Source: Tubulanus polymorphus (Eukaryota; Animalia; Nemertea). From it: a DNA stretch of 64,000 nt. A program made the position numbers and the translations under genes. Shown one piece after another: positions 1 to 13,060 of the stretch. The notes beneath the pieces are model-generated. The model worked only from the letters and a program-made list of their open reading frames with translations. It was not told where the DNA came from and made no database searches. The number at the start of each line of letters is the position of its first letter. The first letter of the stretch is position 1. Location of the stretch: the NCBI RefSeq assembly GCF_964204645.1, contig NC_134033.1:11726655-11790654 (forward strand). The letters run 5' to 3'.

Positions 1-494
1 TATTTAGTTAATCAAACAGCTGGATGTCTGAAAGGAGAAACTAATGAAATGAAAAATATTTCATCTGAACAAGATATTAATACTTCAATCGCTTGAATAT
101 TGATATATGCGATATTATGAGGCGTATGTTATGAAAGTGAGTGTAAGTGAAAGCCATTCACTGGTGTTGATTGGAATTTCATTTTATTTGACAAGTCCCG
201 ACAAATCATGTACGATACGAAATTGTGTACGGCTTCGAGATGGGTGTCTTTGCGAGGGGCTTCTATCTTGAGCACATCCGTATCCCCATGACACGATTCC
301 ATTGAGTTGATACCGTCCGTTCACTTCACTAATTGAAAATGAATTTAATTAACTACTGTCCAAAACAATGAGCGGGGCTGATAGCCCACTGTGGGTCGAT
401 CAAAGTGGCTCAACATCCTTGGAATCCGTTGTTTGTCAGACCAGCCATCCACGGCCAGCTTCCGGGACGAGCTTCTTGGCCACCGACAATTCTG

Positions 495-602
495 GACCCT
501 GTTCCACAGGTCTGAGTTAAATTTGACTCTATAGTTAAAACATTGAAGATGAACTAACTTTAACTCAGCGTTAACTCTAACTCACAACTGTGGGACCGAG
601 TC
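495..602. mobile_element. 108-bp MITE, possibly PIF/Harbinger-like
   Basis: Absent from the parent gene (caattCTGaatcc). Imperfect TIRs gaccctgttccacag / ctgtgggaccgagtc and a CTG duplication at 492-494 and 603-605. Confidence 0.75.
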
Positions 603-800
603 CTGAATCCGCCCAAACCATTTCCTGGTCGTTGTTGGTCTCATGGTTGATGTTGGTCTCATGGTTGTTGTTGATCTCATGGTTGTAGTCTTCGGTTTCC
701 GCGTGGTCGATGTTAATCCCGGGGGTGACGGGGTCACTGTAGTGTGAATAATAACCATATTTTGAATAAGACTGTCTTATTTTCTTAAAAAAAGTATTTC

Positions 801-1075
801 AGGATAGGATAGGATAGGAAATTTCTATAGCGCCTTGTAAATAGCAGGGCTATTATCAAAGGCGCTCTCCAGACGAAGATGATGACTTGAACAGAAATGT
901 CTTGAGCTGTGCTTTGAATGCTGGTAGAGAGTCAATATCACGGAGAGGTTGCGGAAGGGAGTTCCACACTATAGGTGCAGATGTCTCAAATGCACGTCCG
1001 CCGAATGACTTAAGACGACATGATCTGACTAACAGAAGGTTCTGCGACCCGTTACGTAATTTACTTATTTTATAG
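801..1075 (-). mobile_element. 3' end of an L2/CR1-group LINE, 5'-truncated
   Basis: ORF2 C-terminal signature FGGRAF..SAP.VWNSLP..LR...SL..FK..LKT.LF, 3'UTR stem (agcgcctt...aaggcgct) and a (CCTAT)n tail. Confidence 0.85.
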
Positions 1076-3297
1076 GCCATTGGATGAAGGCGAAATGACA
1101 GGAAATTGCAAGATGGGAGAAATTCAAATGTAGCTGACACGATTCATTGTCAGAGATGTAAAGGCTTGTTCAAAATAGATAACAGTAGTACGTCCGATCA
1201 TAAACATTACATAAAACTTACCGAACGTCGGAATGAACTCATATCTGAAACCAGATTTTTGGACATTCTCGTTCGAATAAAACGCTAAGGACTCGCAGTC
1301 GCATACATGTATGATTCGATATTCGGTCCGGTATGTCCGCGATGTTATGCCCATTCGCATTAGGTTTTTACCTTTGAGGTATATCATTTGAATGATATCT
1401 GAACATGTACATACATAGTAAGATCATTGATTATTCATATCCATAGATTTTGGGCAGATTGTTTTGATTTGTCCCTAGGACTTGGTTTTATTGATGTGGA
1501 AACAAAATAGTCCCTTGGAACATTCTGACATTTATCAGTTATAACCATGGTTCCTCATTGCATTGCATAGGAATTCAATATTTGCCCACCTAAAATCGCG
1601 TCCGATGAACTCAACAGTATTAAAACCTGATACTCGTACCAACAATTAAAACCATTTTCCGTAGAGACAAGTGTAGTAAAAATGAAAAAATAACACCCAT
1701 ATACTGAAATGCACGCAAAGAAAACAGCGCCGAATCTCGGAATGACAATACACGCGCTGCAGTTTAAGTGCCATAGGAAAAAAACTAGGCAAGATATCTT
1801 AAAGTTTTAAAGTTCACCTGAAAGGGGGCGTTTATGCGCACAGTTGAAATGTTTGGATTTTTTAGAAAATTATTTCTGAAAATAACGAACTTCAAAGTTC
1901 AGTACCCTGGATTTCTATGCGCACGGCAAAAACTGACCACCGATTTTTATATCGATCTCATGTCGCATTGTTGCAAATTCTAAAAATGATTTTAACATAA
2001 CTGAATACTAGAGATTCACGCGGTTTGAATGTTGCTGAAACTGTCAAAATCCATCCACGGACAGATGAAATATGATACAACACACATCACGGATAGTTTT
2101 AAAAAAAAAAGAAAAAAAATGACCCAACAATACGGGACGAAAGTACCCTTACAAAATGACGGCTAGCAACTGTAAAATGGTTTATTAAGATCAGTTAGAT
2201 ACACACATAGAAATCATCATGTCAAGTGAAAAAGCCGCCATTTGCTGTCCGCTATCGGTGCACCTCCCGTAAATAAACGCTGATTTCGCTGTGAGATATT
2301 TGTCGTTTAGTGGTGGTTCTAAGCTCGCAGGAAGCGGAACGACTTCTATAGTTTTTATTAAATTTCATGTAAATTGGTTGAGAATATTCTGAAATGCAGT
2401 CCATTGAAGTGGAGAGGTAATTTTCAGATTGACGATTAGTTGCCACCTTTGTTTTTTTTATTACAGGGATACTGTCCTCTACCATCGGTGTAAGTTACCA
2501 ATTTGGCAATCCATGGAAGCCCGTATCGACAGTGGCCTGACATCCGGGCCAATTAAATTCAATTGAGTGTGTTTTGATTTACTACTTATTGTTATCGTTG
2601 ATCGATTGTCAACTTAAGAAGGTTTCAGGTTCGAATTCCTGACTTTTTTCAAATCCCAATGTGAACGATACAGAAAGCAGAAAACCCGTTATCGCTGCTA
2701 TTTCGCAGTTGTATTTTGTTGTTATGTTTCCACCACTGTCGGTCAAACAAACGAGATCGACTCTAAATCAATTTCTAATCCTCAAAAAATTTGGCACAAT
2801 CTACAACGTCCTTGCAATTCCTTTTCAAGCAGCAAATACTCTCTCAGATGCAAAATAAAAAACCTCCAGCGACTCAAACTCCCATCTCTGCGATAACCCC
2901 AAACAATCGAAAACATGCGACAAACAACAATATTTCATTTAGCAGAAACAGAATTTTATTGGCGATTTGAACGACTGGTACATAATTTTTTTAAACTTGC
3001 AGGATTCGAAATATAGTTTGACACTATCGGAATACAGCTGTTGTATATATGTGCGAAGGAAAAACTTCGAACGAAACAATGTTGGATATTTATTTCGATG
3101 AAACTTATTCCCGTGTTGAAGATTTCAATTTCCGACTTCGTGTCATCGACACTTACTAAATGAGAAATGAGATTCCTTTACAAGAAAAGCGAATAATATA
3201 TACACTTCGTCTGGGATGATTCAGACAAATCGTTTAACTTTAGCCGATTGTTTGCGGATAGATTTGTTGGATTCCTTGAAGTGAGCAGCTCACCTGT

Positions 3298-6200
3298 TTA
3301 CTCTAAGTCGACGTTTAAGGCGTATCGTCGATATTTGCGTGTCTTAGTTTTTGTCTTAAATTCTGTACCAGCCACAAGATCGTATTGAGTGGCGTAATTT
3401 TTGTATCTGATATATTCGTAAGTCGTGAATCCTGGTGGTTTCACGTCGACTGATAGATCACAAGTTAAAACCTTCGAATTATTGACTGTTGTGAATATAC
3501 CCAAGAAATCTCCTTTCTTGACTGCAATGCGCTGATCTACCGGTACATCAACCTGTTAAAATGAGTAGATATATGTGCTAAGATAAGGTCTATTTCAAAC
3601 ACATCGTGATCGTGAAGTCACGCATATTACTAATCAGGCTCAATTACTTCATTCACTGGATGTCTTTAAACCAAGTAAATACATAGACCTATATGATAGA
3701 TATCATCAGTATATCCCGATTTTAATGATTGGTTCAAAAAACTGTCGTGTCAACGCATATTTAGGTGAAATGGATTAGAATTAAAAAGAAAAAAACAAAA
3801 TTACCGAAACTTTTCCTGTTTTCGCGCCGCTCAGAACCTGGAACCCGATAAGTTTGAAAGTGTGGCTACCGGTTTTTCTGAAAACTGCGCCATTCACATC
3901 CCTGCCGTTGCCGGTCGAATAGTAGTTCCAACGAATAATGGAGGAATCACACGGTATTTTGTAATCGAGAAGAACTACTAATGAGTTCACGTGTTTCCAA
4001 CTGCCTCTAGTCATGTTCTTTCCTCCAACTTTTACATTACACGTTGATGGTGGTGGTGTCGGTGCAGGTGTCGGTGCAGGTGTTGGTGGTGTGGTCGGTG
4101 ACGATTTCGGTGTCGTAGCAGTTGCATCTATCCCTAAGCCAACGAAAAATACAGAATATAATTCAATTAGTCTGAGTGTGTTGCACTGACGTCACGGCCA
4201 GTGGCTAGAGCTGTATTGTATCATTAAATGTACTTCGTTTAGCCGCTAATGCTTGTTGTCAAATACGGATAATGCGTAAAGCTCCACCCATAATAGACAA
4301 TAGTCACACGATTGTAGATGACGGGTAGTTTGAATTAGATATCAAAATACATAAAGTGACTCATAATTCTATATTAGGGCTGGGTACCAAACCTTTATAT
4401 TCTGTCTATTTTCATGTCACTATAATAAATGAAAAATAAAAAATACATGCGTTTTAAATTCCCCACCCACCACTCTCTATAGTTAAGAAAAGATTTAGCA
4501 AAAATACATGACTTTGAAGGAAAAATCTCGTGGCCCAACGATGACTTTTATTTACCGAATTTGCAGAGTGGTCCGGCAAATGAATTGGTGCAGGCGCAAT
4601 TTGCTTCTCCTAACTCGTTCTTGGAGCACGTTCCTCCATTCTGACATGGATTCGGGTCACACGGGTCACCGACTGAAATGAGAAATGCAGAACGCCATTT
4701 AAACTCAGAGACTCGCAATATGCGATTTACTATTAACAACATGCGATAAACAATATGCGATTTACGATTAACGATATGCGATAAACAATACGCGTTTTAC
4801 GATTAACAATATGCGATAAACAATATGCGATTTACGATTAACAATATGCGATATTTGAGACCCGACATCACTTACCTATTTCACAGAGATCCCCTGAGAA
4901 ATTAGGAGGGCAGTCACACACAGGTTTACCGTCAACAGAGTAACATTCACCACCGTTTGAACAGTTCGTATTGGTGCAAATATCTACAACAAAATGTGAT
5001 TAATGTTAACAACTGGAGAAATGAACTTGAGATTACAATTGAGGAGATTTAAATAACGGTTCAACCTACCGCAATCAGCAACCGGGATGCATCTCGACGC
5101 GGTGTAAATAAAACCGGCATCGCATTCACATCCGGCAGAGTTTGGTAAATCACAATTTGCCGCATCGACGGTTCGTTGTTCACATGTTGGTTGACAACCG
5201 GACATTTTTCTGTTAAAAGCACTGTTTGCGGGACAATTTGGCACTAAAATAAAATATATCAGCGCTACTATAACATTATACACGATTTAGTCTCTATGTT
5301 TCTTGTCTTTTAGTGGTTTTTATCTCTTTTGTTTTTTTAAAATTAATTCTATATGAGCTAAATGCCATTATGTAGTCTATGCCGGTATGTTCTGAGTTTA
5401 AAACAAATTTGTATTCAGATTCACGGGAGTATCGCGATTATATCGTGTATCTTTGAACACGTCGAGTGTAAATAATGTCAAAGATGTTTCTATAGATTTG
5501 AAAATCGTGATTCAGCGGACCTACAAAGTGTACGGCATACTCTGCGTGACAGGCACATCAGACGGAACAATTTCTGGTATTAATGAATTCATGCAATCTT
5601 TCTTTCTATATCAGAAAACCTTTCTTCCATCGCTTAGTTATTTCTATTATCTATACATAACATAATTTCTCTTACGGCACAAATTTGCCGTTCTCCACGT
5701 GGCCACTGTATGTCCAGCCTCTTCACACGCAGTCTCCGCCTCGGTTAGCGACGAACAAATGGCTTGCATATCACCTCTCATCGCCGCTCCGTCAAATACA
5801 CAGTTGTCGAAAGTCGTGGTTATAGTGGTATCATTAGCACCGATACATTCACCGAATGGACCGTCAACTTTATTCAACAGACCGCAGAAATTATCAGCAC
5901 CGTATTTCGTCTTATCGGCTTCCGTTGGTACGAATGGCTCACTTGAAACAGACGAAAATATCAACTTCAATGGAAAATATTTACGGCAACTTTACTAGAA
6001 ACTCGATCAGAATTACTCGATACAAACGTGAAATCTAAGACAGTATGTACAAGGTGCGAAATGCAAGATGATCAAATAGAAATTTCCGTTAACCTCCGGC
6101 AAAATTCACATCCTAGGCGCGTGGGATTTGAATAATGATCGTAGACATTCAGTGAATGTGGTTTCTTTTGCCCTTGATGTATTTTGACATAATTTGTTCT

Positions 6201-8996
6201 AGTTTTTGTGTGATACTTACGCTGGAGCTTGTCGCTTACGTCTTCCGGCCCTCGCAACACAGCTGTAAAAAGATCAAATATTTCAAAGAAACCGAGCATG
6301 GAACTTACTGATTTACTTCACCTAATCTGGACATGATTCTCTATTTCTCGGAAAAGACATTGCATACATTTTTGATAAACCTACCTTCCCGGTACGACGC
6401 ACTGGTTATCGATGCCAAGTAAGCAACTCGCCGTCGCTGGATTGTCGTCAGCATAATTTCCATTACAATTTCCACATAACCCGGTCAATCTACCGCCCAA
6501 ATTGTTTGGACCTGATCTTCCACCGTATCTTACATAGAGTTTGTACCCGTAGACGTATTGCACTAAGACTCCACAGTTTAACAACTGCACGCTATAGCTT
6601 CCATAACATTTCGTGATCATTATTCCCGGGAGTGTGACGCAGCCGCATTGACGAACTCCGTTTATCTAAATGATGGAATGATTATATTAGACCAGACTAG
6701 ATGTACATTGAGAAAATTAAACTAGAAATGCTACAGCAACTTTGCAGATTTGACTCTAAAACACTGGCAATTTGTAGATTTCTACTTTGAATAAAACCAA
6801 GAACTGAAGGATTGTTAAAGCACTTTTACTTGCAATCAAAAAGAAGCTAACTTTCATTAACAGATTTACTTAAGACTGATTGCATAATGTACATATCTTA
6901 CCCACAGATATTTGTGATTGAACTCAAGTTTGTATCCGTTGTATTCAATAATCGCATACTTGACGTAAGCCACGCGATAATACGGAAGGTTCCGGGAAGA
7001 TATACGATATTTACAGGTTCCGTCGGCGTAACCGGCGTGCTCCGACAAAATGTATGCACAAGAAGAGCCTTGGAAATTGTATGGAAGCAGATCAAACGTT
7101 TTGTAATGAGGATCGCCGTAAACCGAACATACACTATTGCACGGCCGTATAATAGGCACTGAAATAGAAAGAAAAAATTGTTTCATTCAGATTGAAGAGT
7201 GCTTTTTAGTTAATGAAACAATTTGATAGTTAATTCTTAATTGGTCAGTATTTGATAGTTTGATACGTACTACTTGAAGGTGAACATTAAGTTGTGCTTA
7301 CCCAAAATCGACGCGCAGGTACGAGACCTCCTATCAGTGGACATGGTACACGTTTGTCCATGTGGACACGGATTCGTAACACATGGATCTGGTGGAAGAG
7401 TCATTGGTTGCATCGCCGCTGTCGAAAGAAAATGTTTTCGAAATTTGTTCAGGTGGTTTTAGTGCATCCATGGGATAAAATGGAAAGTGCACTATTTACA
7501 AAATATACATTAAAGTGAACGACAATTAAGTATTTTCAAAGTAGAAAAGTGACAATTTTGTTTGTCACTTATCATTCCGCAACGAACACTACGTGATTTA
7601 CAAAAAAAATCTAAATCTGTCGTTACTATGACGTAGTCAAGAAAAGGGAAATAGTCCATCGAACGGTGGACAATCGTATTTGTGCGATGTGACACTGAGG
7701 ACCGCGCGCTGGTCCCATCTATCACTTAACCTTAACGTGCGCTAGCGGCTGTTCAGTAGCCAATCGGATACCTTGCGCCTTTGTCTCTTTCTCTCTACAG
7801 ATCTGCATCACAATAAGTAGACGTGTTTGAGCATTCGTTCTTGCGAAAATCCGTTATAGTCGTCGCATTTTACTCTGTTAGCCGACGAAATAAGGGCCGC
7901 AATGTAGTCTTCGACTTGCTGTCATTTATAACAACATGAACCGTGATATAATGTGCGCACAGGCTCCTTAGTCTATTAACGTAGGCTCGTTAATATGGCG
8001 TAACCAAGAAAAACTTTAGGTTTCCAATATGCCTATCTAACACCTACCTTGAGTGCATGTCGTCCCGGTCCATTCACTGGTACACGCGCATTCAGGAACT
8101 CTCTGGCTATTCCATGCGCACGTACCCCCATTTTGACAATAGTCTAAACAAGTTCCTACAAGAATAACTCAAATAGCCATTTTTAACAATTAATCATGTT
8201 TGGATAATTGAACAGTAACGGATAAGACAATTCAAATAGCTCCGCGGAGGTACGAAACAAGCTTATGATTTTAATGTCATATCTATTTGCGTTTTCTTGA
8301 AGCATCTATCAATATATTTTGCTTCAAGAAATTGCCTCTTCTTTTGGAAAATTTGGTAAAATTATTGATTGCCAACGAAATTAAGAATTTCCTTCTTCAA
8401 TAAAACATACTGTACTCGCAGAGGGATCCTGTGTAACCAGGAAAACATTCACAAGCGATTTGCTGGCCTTTTATGACTTCACATCCATTCTTACAACTCC
8501 CTTTGAAGTCGCAAATTGGTGATGCTACAAAATATAGATTTACATATCAGTGCATAGCTATATATCAATCACTAAATTCAACCATTTATCTTTTGTTATT
8601 GTCTGGCAAAATTCGATTGTGTATAAAATGTATACTAACCGCTCTTTGTGCCTGTCACAGCAAAGCACAGAACAATGAAAACGTAACCTGCAATAATAAA
8701 GATGTTTTTCAATAAGGCATTGCCGTGCTGGGATCCAAACCTAATTGCATCGAGATACGCGGCTCTAAAAGGCTGGCTTTTATGTCGATAAGCGACGGGA
8801 CGCCTACCGACTCCTACCGACGCAACTGAGAGCAACCGCGATCGCAGCCCAGCTTATGTCGACTGCGCTCCGATTCCCAGTAGCTGAGGCCGACTAGCGG
8901 GATACGAGATCCTCCCAGTTGCTTCCCTGCTCATGTCGGTTACGGTTACTGGCAAATGCACCGGCTCATATGGTCACGTTACTTACCTAACATCAT
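3298..8996 (-). CDS. Secreted VWD-C8-TIL-EGF protein, paralogue B, ~741 aa
   Basis: Exons 8996-8987, 8687-8640, 8524-8411 (EGF), 8155-8048 (EGF), 7418-7302 (4-Cys EGF-like), 7158-6902 and 6665-6385 (VWD with GDPH), 6262-6221 (RRKR), 5941-5676 (C8), 5243-5070 (TIL), 4983-4876, 4672-4556 (EGFs), 4133-3805, 3552-3298. Total 2226 nt in frame. Confidence 0.9.
4718..4853. repeat. Intronic degenerate minisatellite (atatgcgatttacgattaaca / atatgcgataaaca); shorter version at ~16500-16598
   Basis: Repeated tatgcgat cores; copy number differs between paralogues. Confidence 0.8.
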
Positions 8997-10906
8997 CTGT
9001 GGTTTTTATGCTATAAGCTTAGTGAAATATCAAATATTTGATCATATTTAAAGGAATATTACTAATATTGGCCATGGTTATGCAGTAAACAGAGTATCCT
9101 CCAAATCTAATAAAATTCTCCAAAGTGTTCGAATAACAATGGATCTATCATCACAAGTACATGTTACTAGATCGAATATTTATTGATCTTATTTTACAAT
9201 TGTAATTGGCAATCGTGAGTATCACTTCCATTAAATATTTGTTTTTCAACAGTAGGTTTCATTTTCAGATTAAGTCTTCTATGCGTTAATAATTTCATGC
9301 CTCGCAAATCTAAAAGACATTGTATGCGAGGTACAATAGCATGTTATTAGATATACAGTTGGAGACGTCTATAGTTGAAATATATTTATACAATGATTAA
9401 GTCTTTACAAACATAACGTCATTTTGCATGTGCTCGAATTTCTCCGGATAACAACGGAAAATGATAAAAAAACGGCTTTTAGTTCACCATGATTTGCAGT
9501 AATAAAACTGGCAACTCGTTTTAAAAGTGCACAGTTCATCTCATAAGTAAGGTCTTTATTGCCGTTTAGTAAGAGGGAACATTTGTCGGATTGTGTCAGT
9601 CTGTTTAACTTGCTAGTTCGCGGAAAAGACGAAGTTGGTCGATTTCTAACACATGGGATGGGTTACGGCACTGGAAGATAAAATGACGAGTAATGAGGTT
9701 TACGTTATAGTACGAACAATGAGGATATACTTTGTTGCCAAAATCATGCATGAACATATGATGTTTCAGTAAGAAGTCTGCGCGAAGTCTGTTCAGGTTA
9801 ACCTCATCATGAATTCCTGGTAGATACTGTACTTAAGATGAATTTGAAATGGCCTTTCACGTAATAGGATTTGAATTGTGACAGGGAAGAGAGATTTCTG
9901 ATTTGACAATCAAGTTTATTCCCAGTAAAATATGAAATTGCCCTATTGAATGTAAATCAGAATTCTCGTCTTTTAGAATTATTGTCGTGGATTTTGTCGA
10001 TACATGATTTCAATTTTAGTATACCAAAATACGACTGTACTATGATGAAGAGATCGTTCTAAAACAGCCATAACTTTTCGCTTAATAAGTTAACGAGAAC
10101 TCATTAGTTTTAGGTTCCTCTTGTCTTTCAAAGTCGGTATTGCCGCAATGATAACACGTGACGCAGTCATTTCAACGCGATAGAAATATAAACGAGTTTT
10201 TAGTTTTGCTGATTTGCAACGACTGATTCATCGTTGGCTAAAGCTTAATCAATCGCTGATCTATCTTCGATGGCCGTAAGATTGACAAAATCTCATTCTT
10301 CCGTATATACATATCATGAAGCGAATTATCCAATAATACCCTCTTGCCGAAGTGATACGTATGTTGACCACTTGAAAATTGAAAATATTTTCGTTCCGAT
10401 AAAGTCGGTAATATTTAGTTAATCAAACAGCTGGATGTCTGAAAGGAGAAACTAATGAAATGAAAAATATTTCATCTGAACAAGATATTAATACTTCAAT
10501 CGCTTGAATATTGATATATGCGATATTATGAGGCGTATGTTATGAAAGTGAGTGTAAGTGAAAGCCATTCACTGGGTGTTGATTGGAATTTCATTTTATT
10601 TGACAAGTCCCGACAAATCATGTACGATACGAAATTGTGTACGGCTTCGAGATGGGTGTCTTTGCGAGGGGCTTCTATCTTGAGCACATCCGTATCCCCA
10701 TGACACGATTCCATTGAGTTTATACCGTCCGTTCACTTCACTAATTGAAAATGAATTTAATTACCTACTGTCCAAAACAATGAGCGGGGCTGATAGCCCA
10801 CTGTGGGTCGATCAAAGTGGCTCAACATCCTTGGAATCCGTTGTTTGTCAGACCAGCCATCCACGGCCAGCTTCCGGGACGAGCTTCTTGGCCACCGACA
10901 ATTCGG

Positions 10907-11014
10907 GACCCTGTTCCACAGGTCTGAGTTAAATTTGACTCTATAGTTAAAACATTGAAAATGAACTAACTTTAACTAAGCGTTAACTCTAACTCACAAC
11001 TGTGGGACCGAGTC
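10907..11014. mobile_element. Duplicated copy of the 108-bp MITE
   Basis: Same sequence and same site as 495-602. Confidence 0.75.
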
Positions 11015-11212
11015 CTGAATCCACCCAAACCATTTCCTGGTCGTTGTTGGTCTCATGGTTGATGTTGGTCTCATGGTTGTTGTTGATCTCATGGTTGTAG
11101 TCTTCGGTTTCCGCGTGGTCGATGTTACTCCCGGGGGTGACGGGGTCACTGTAGTGTGAATAATAACCATATTTTGAATAAGACTGTCTTATTTTCTTAA
11201 AAAAAGTATTTC

Positions 11213-11595
11213 AGGATAGGATAGGATAGGAAATTTCTATAGCGCCTTGTAAATAGCAGGGCTATTATCAAAGGCGCTCTCCAGACGAAGATGATGACTT
11301 GAACAGAAATGTCTTGAGCTGTGCTTTGAATGCTGGTAGAGAGTCAATATCACGGAGAGGTTGCGGAAGGGAGTTCCACACTATAGGTGCAGATGTCTCA
11401 AATGCACGTCTGCCGAATGACTTATGACGACATGATCTGACTAACAGAAGGTTCTGCGACCCGTTACGTAATTTACTTATTTTATAGGCCATTGGATGAA
11501 GGCGAAACTCAAGACGACATGATCTGACTAACAGAAGGTTCTGCGACCCGTTACGTAATTTACTTATTTTATAGACCATTGGATGAAGGCGAAAT
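11213..11595 (-). mobile_element. Duplicated L2/CR1 LINE 3' end with an internal ~87-bp tandem duplication
   Basis: Same as 801-1075; the segment FRLHPMxYKISKLRNGSQNLLLVRSCR appears twice in the ORF track. Confidence 0.85.
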
Positions 11596-12008
11596 GACAG
11601 GAAATTGCAAGATGGGAGAAATTCAAATGTAGCTGACACGATTCTGTAAAGGCTTGTTCAAAATAGATAACAGTAGTACGTCCGATCATAAACATTACAT
11701 AAAACTTACCGAACGTCGGAATGAACTCATATCTGAAACCAGATTTTTGGACATTCTCGTTCGAATAAAACGCTAAGGACTCGCAGTCGCATACATGTAT
11801 GATTCGATATTCGGTCCGGTCTGTCCGCAATGGGGCGCAAGTCCATTATAACATTAAATAGTTCCAGCAGAGACTTATCACATTGGACTGGTATTTGGAA
11901 TTAATCCGCCAATATTGGACTGATTGAATCTTACGACATTACGCCGTAGGACGTGCGGCTCAACTCCAGAACAGGTAAAAGTAGAGATCTATCAATCCTA
12001 AATATCGG

Positions 12009-12180
12009 CCGATTCTACTCGTCGACAATGTCTACAACCCCGATTGACGTCCGATTCTACTCGTCGACAATGTCTACAACCCCGATTGTCTGCATTCCTG
12101 ATTGTCGACCGATTTTACTCGTCGACAATGTCTACAACCCCGATTGTCGACCGATTTTACTCGTCGACAATGTCTACAAT
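12009..12180 (+). repeat. ~4 x 42-bp subterminal tandem repeat (left arm)
   Basis: Unit ccgattctactcgtcgacaatgtctacaaccccgattgtcga. Confidence 0.9.
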
Positions 12181-12195
12181 CATGTTTATATCAAT

Positions 12196-12790
12196 CTTAT
12201 ATAGTGGCCGGGATCGAGGGACTGCGTGTGTGCGTGGATTACCCCTATATAGAGTGGCCGGGATCGAGGGGCTGCGGGTGTGCGTGGATTACCCTTATAT
12301 ATAGAGGCTGGGATCGAGGGGCCGCGTGTGTGAGTGGGTCACCCTTATATAGTGTGGCTGGGATCGAGGGGCCGCGTGTGTGCGTGGATCACCATTATAT
12401 AAAGTGGCTGGGATCGAGGGGTGGTGTGTGTGCGTGGATTACCCTTATATAGAGTGGCTGCTATCGAGGGGCTGCGTGTGTGCGTGGATGACCCTTTATA
12501 ATGAGTGGCCGGGATCGAGGGGCTGCGTGTGTGCGTGGATTACCCTTATATAGAGTGGCTGGGATCGAGGGGCTGCGTGTGTGCGTGGTTTACCCTTATA
12601 TAAAGTGGCTGGGATCGAGGGGCCGCTTGTGTGCGTGGATTGTGTGCGTGGATTACCCTTATATAAAGTGGCTCGGATCGAGGGGTGGTGTGTGCGTGGA
12701 TTACCCTTGTATAGAGTGGCCGGGATCGAGGGGCTGCGTGCGTGCGTGGATTAACCTTATATAAAGTGGCTGGGATCGAGGAGCTGCGTG
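12196..12790. repeat. ~12 x 50-bp G-rich minisatellite
   Basis: Unit agtggctgggatcgaggggctgcgtgtgtgcgtggattacccttatatag. Confidence 0.92.
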
Positions 12791-12810
12791 CTTCCGTCAG
12801 TTGATTTTCA

Positions 12811-13060
12811 CAATCAGGATTGTAGACATTGTCGACGAGTAGAATCGGTCGACAATCGGGGTTGTAGACATTGTCGACGAGTAGAATCGGTCGACAAGCA
12901 GGATTGTAGACATTGTCGACGAGTAGAATCGGTCGACAATCGGGGTTGTAGACATTGTCGACGAGTAGAATTAGTCGACAATCGGGGTTGTAGACATTGT
13001 CGACGAGTAGAATCGGTCGACAATCGGGGTTGTAGACATTGTCGACAAGTAGAATCGGTC
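12811..13060 (-). repeat. ~6 x 42-bp subterminal repeat (right arm, inverted relative to the left arm)
   Basis: Reverse complement of the 12009-12180 unit. Confidence 0.9.

Larger units (their letters stand above)
257..1406 (-). pseudogene. Decayed partial copy of the CUB-trypsin gene (parts of exons 3, 4 and 7)
   Basis: Aligns to parts of 22582-22650, 24340-24715 and 24845-25054. Exons 1, 2, 5, 6 and GDSGG are absent, and there are MITE and LINE insertions. Confidence 0.9.
1..10411. repeat. Tandem segmental duplication unit (protease remnant plus VWD gene B)
   Basis: Position 1 corresponds to 10412 and to ~22145; the unit is colinear with the next one. Confidence 0.9.

Noticed and set aside
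856-1140. 94-aa ORF as a host gene
   Set aside because: It is a LINE ORF2 C-terminal fragment.
2620-2645. GGTTCGAATTCC B-box-like hairpin (also ~14480)
   Set aside because: No cloverleaf or A-box could be built, so it is not called as a tRNA.
1800-2960. ORFs 2252-2485 and 2661-2858 (copies 14055-14405, 14514-14711) and ATGGCGG YY1-like motifs
   Set aside because: Conserved only because the DNA was recently duplicated; an indel between copies changes the frame end and no domain is recognisable. Possibly an old TE remnant, but termini could not be defined.
7620-8030. Paralogue-specific intronic segments (also 8760-8980 and 19260-19480)
   Set aside because: Probably insertions, but no convincing TIR, TSD or coding signal was found.
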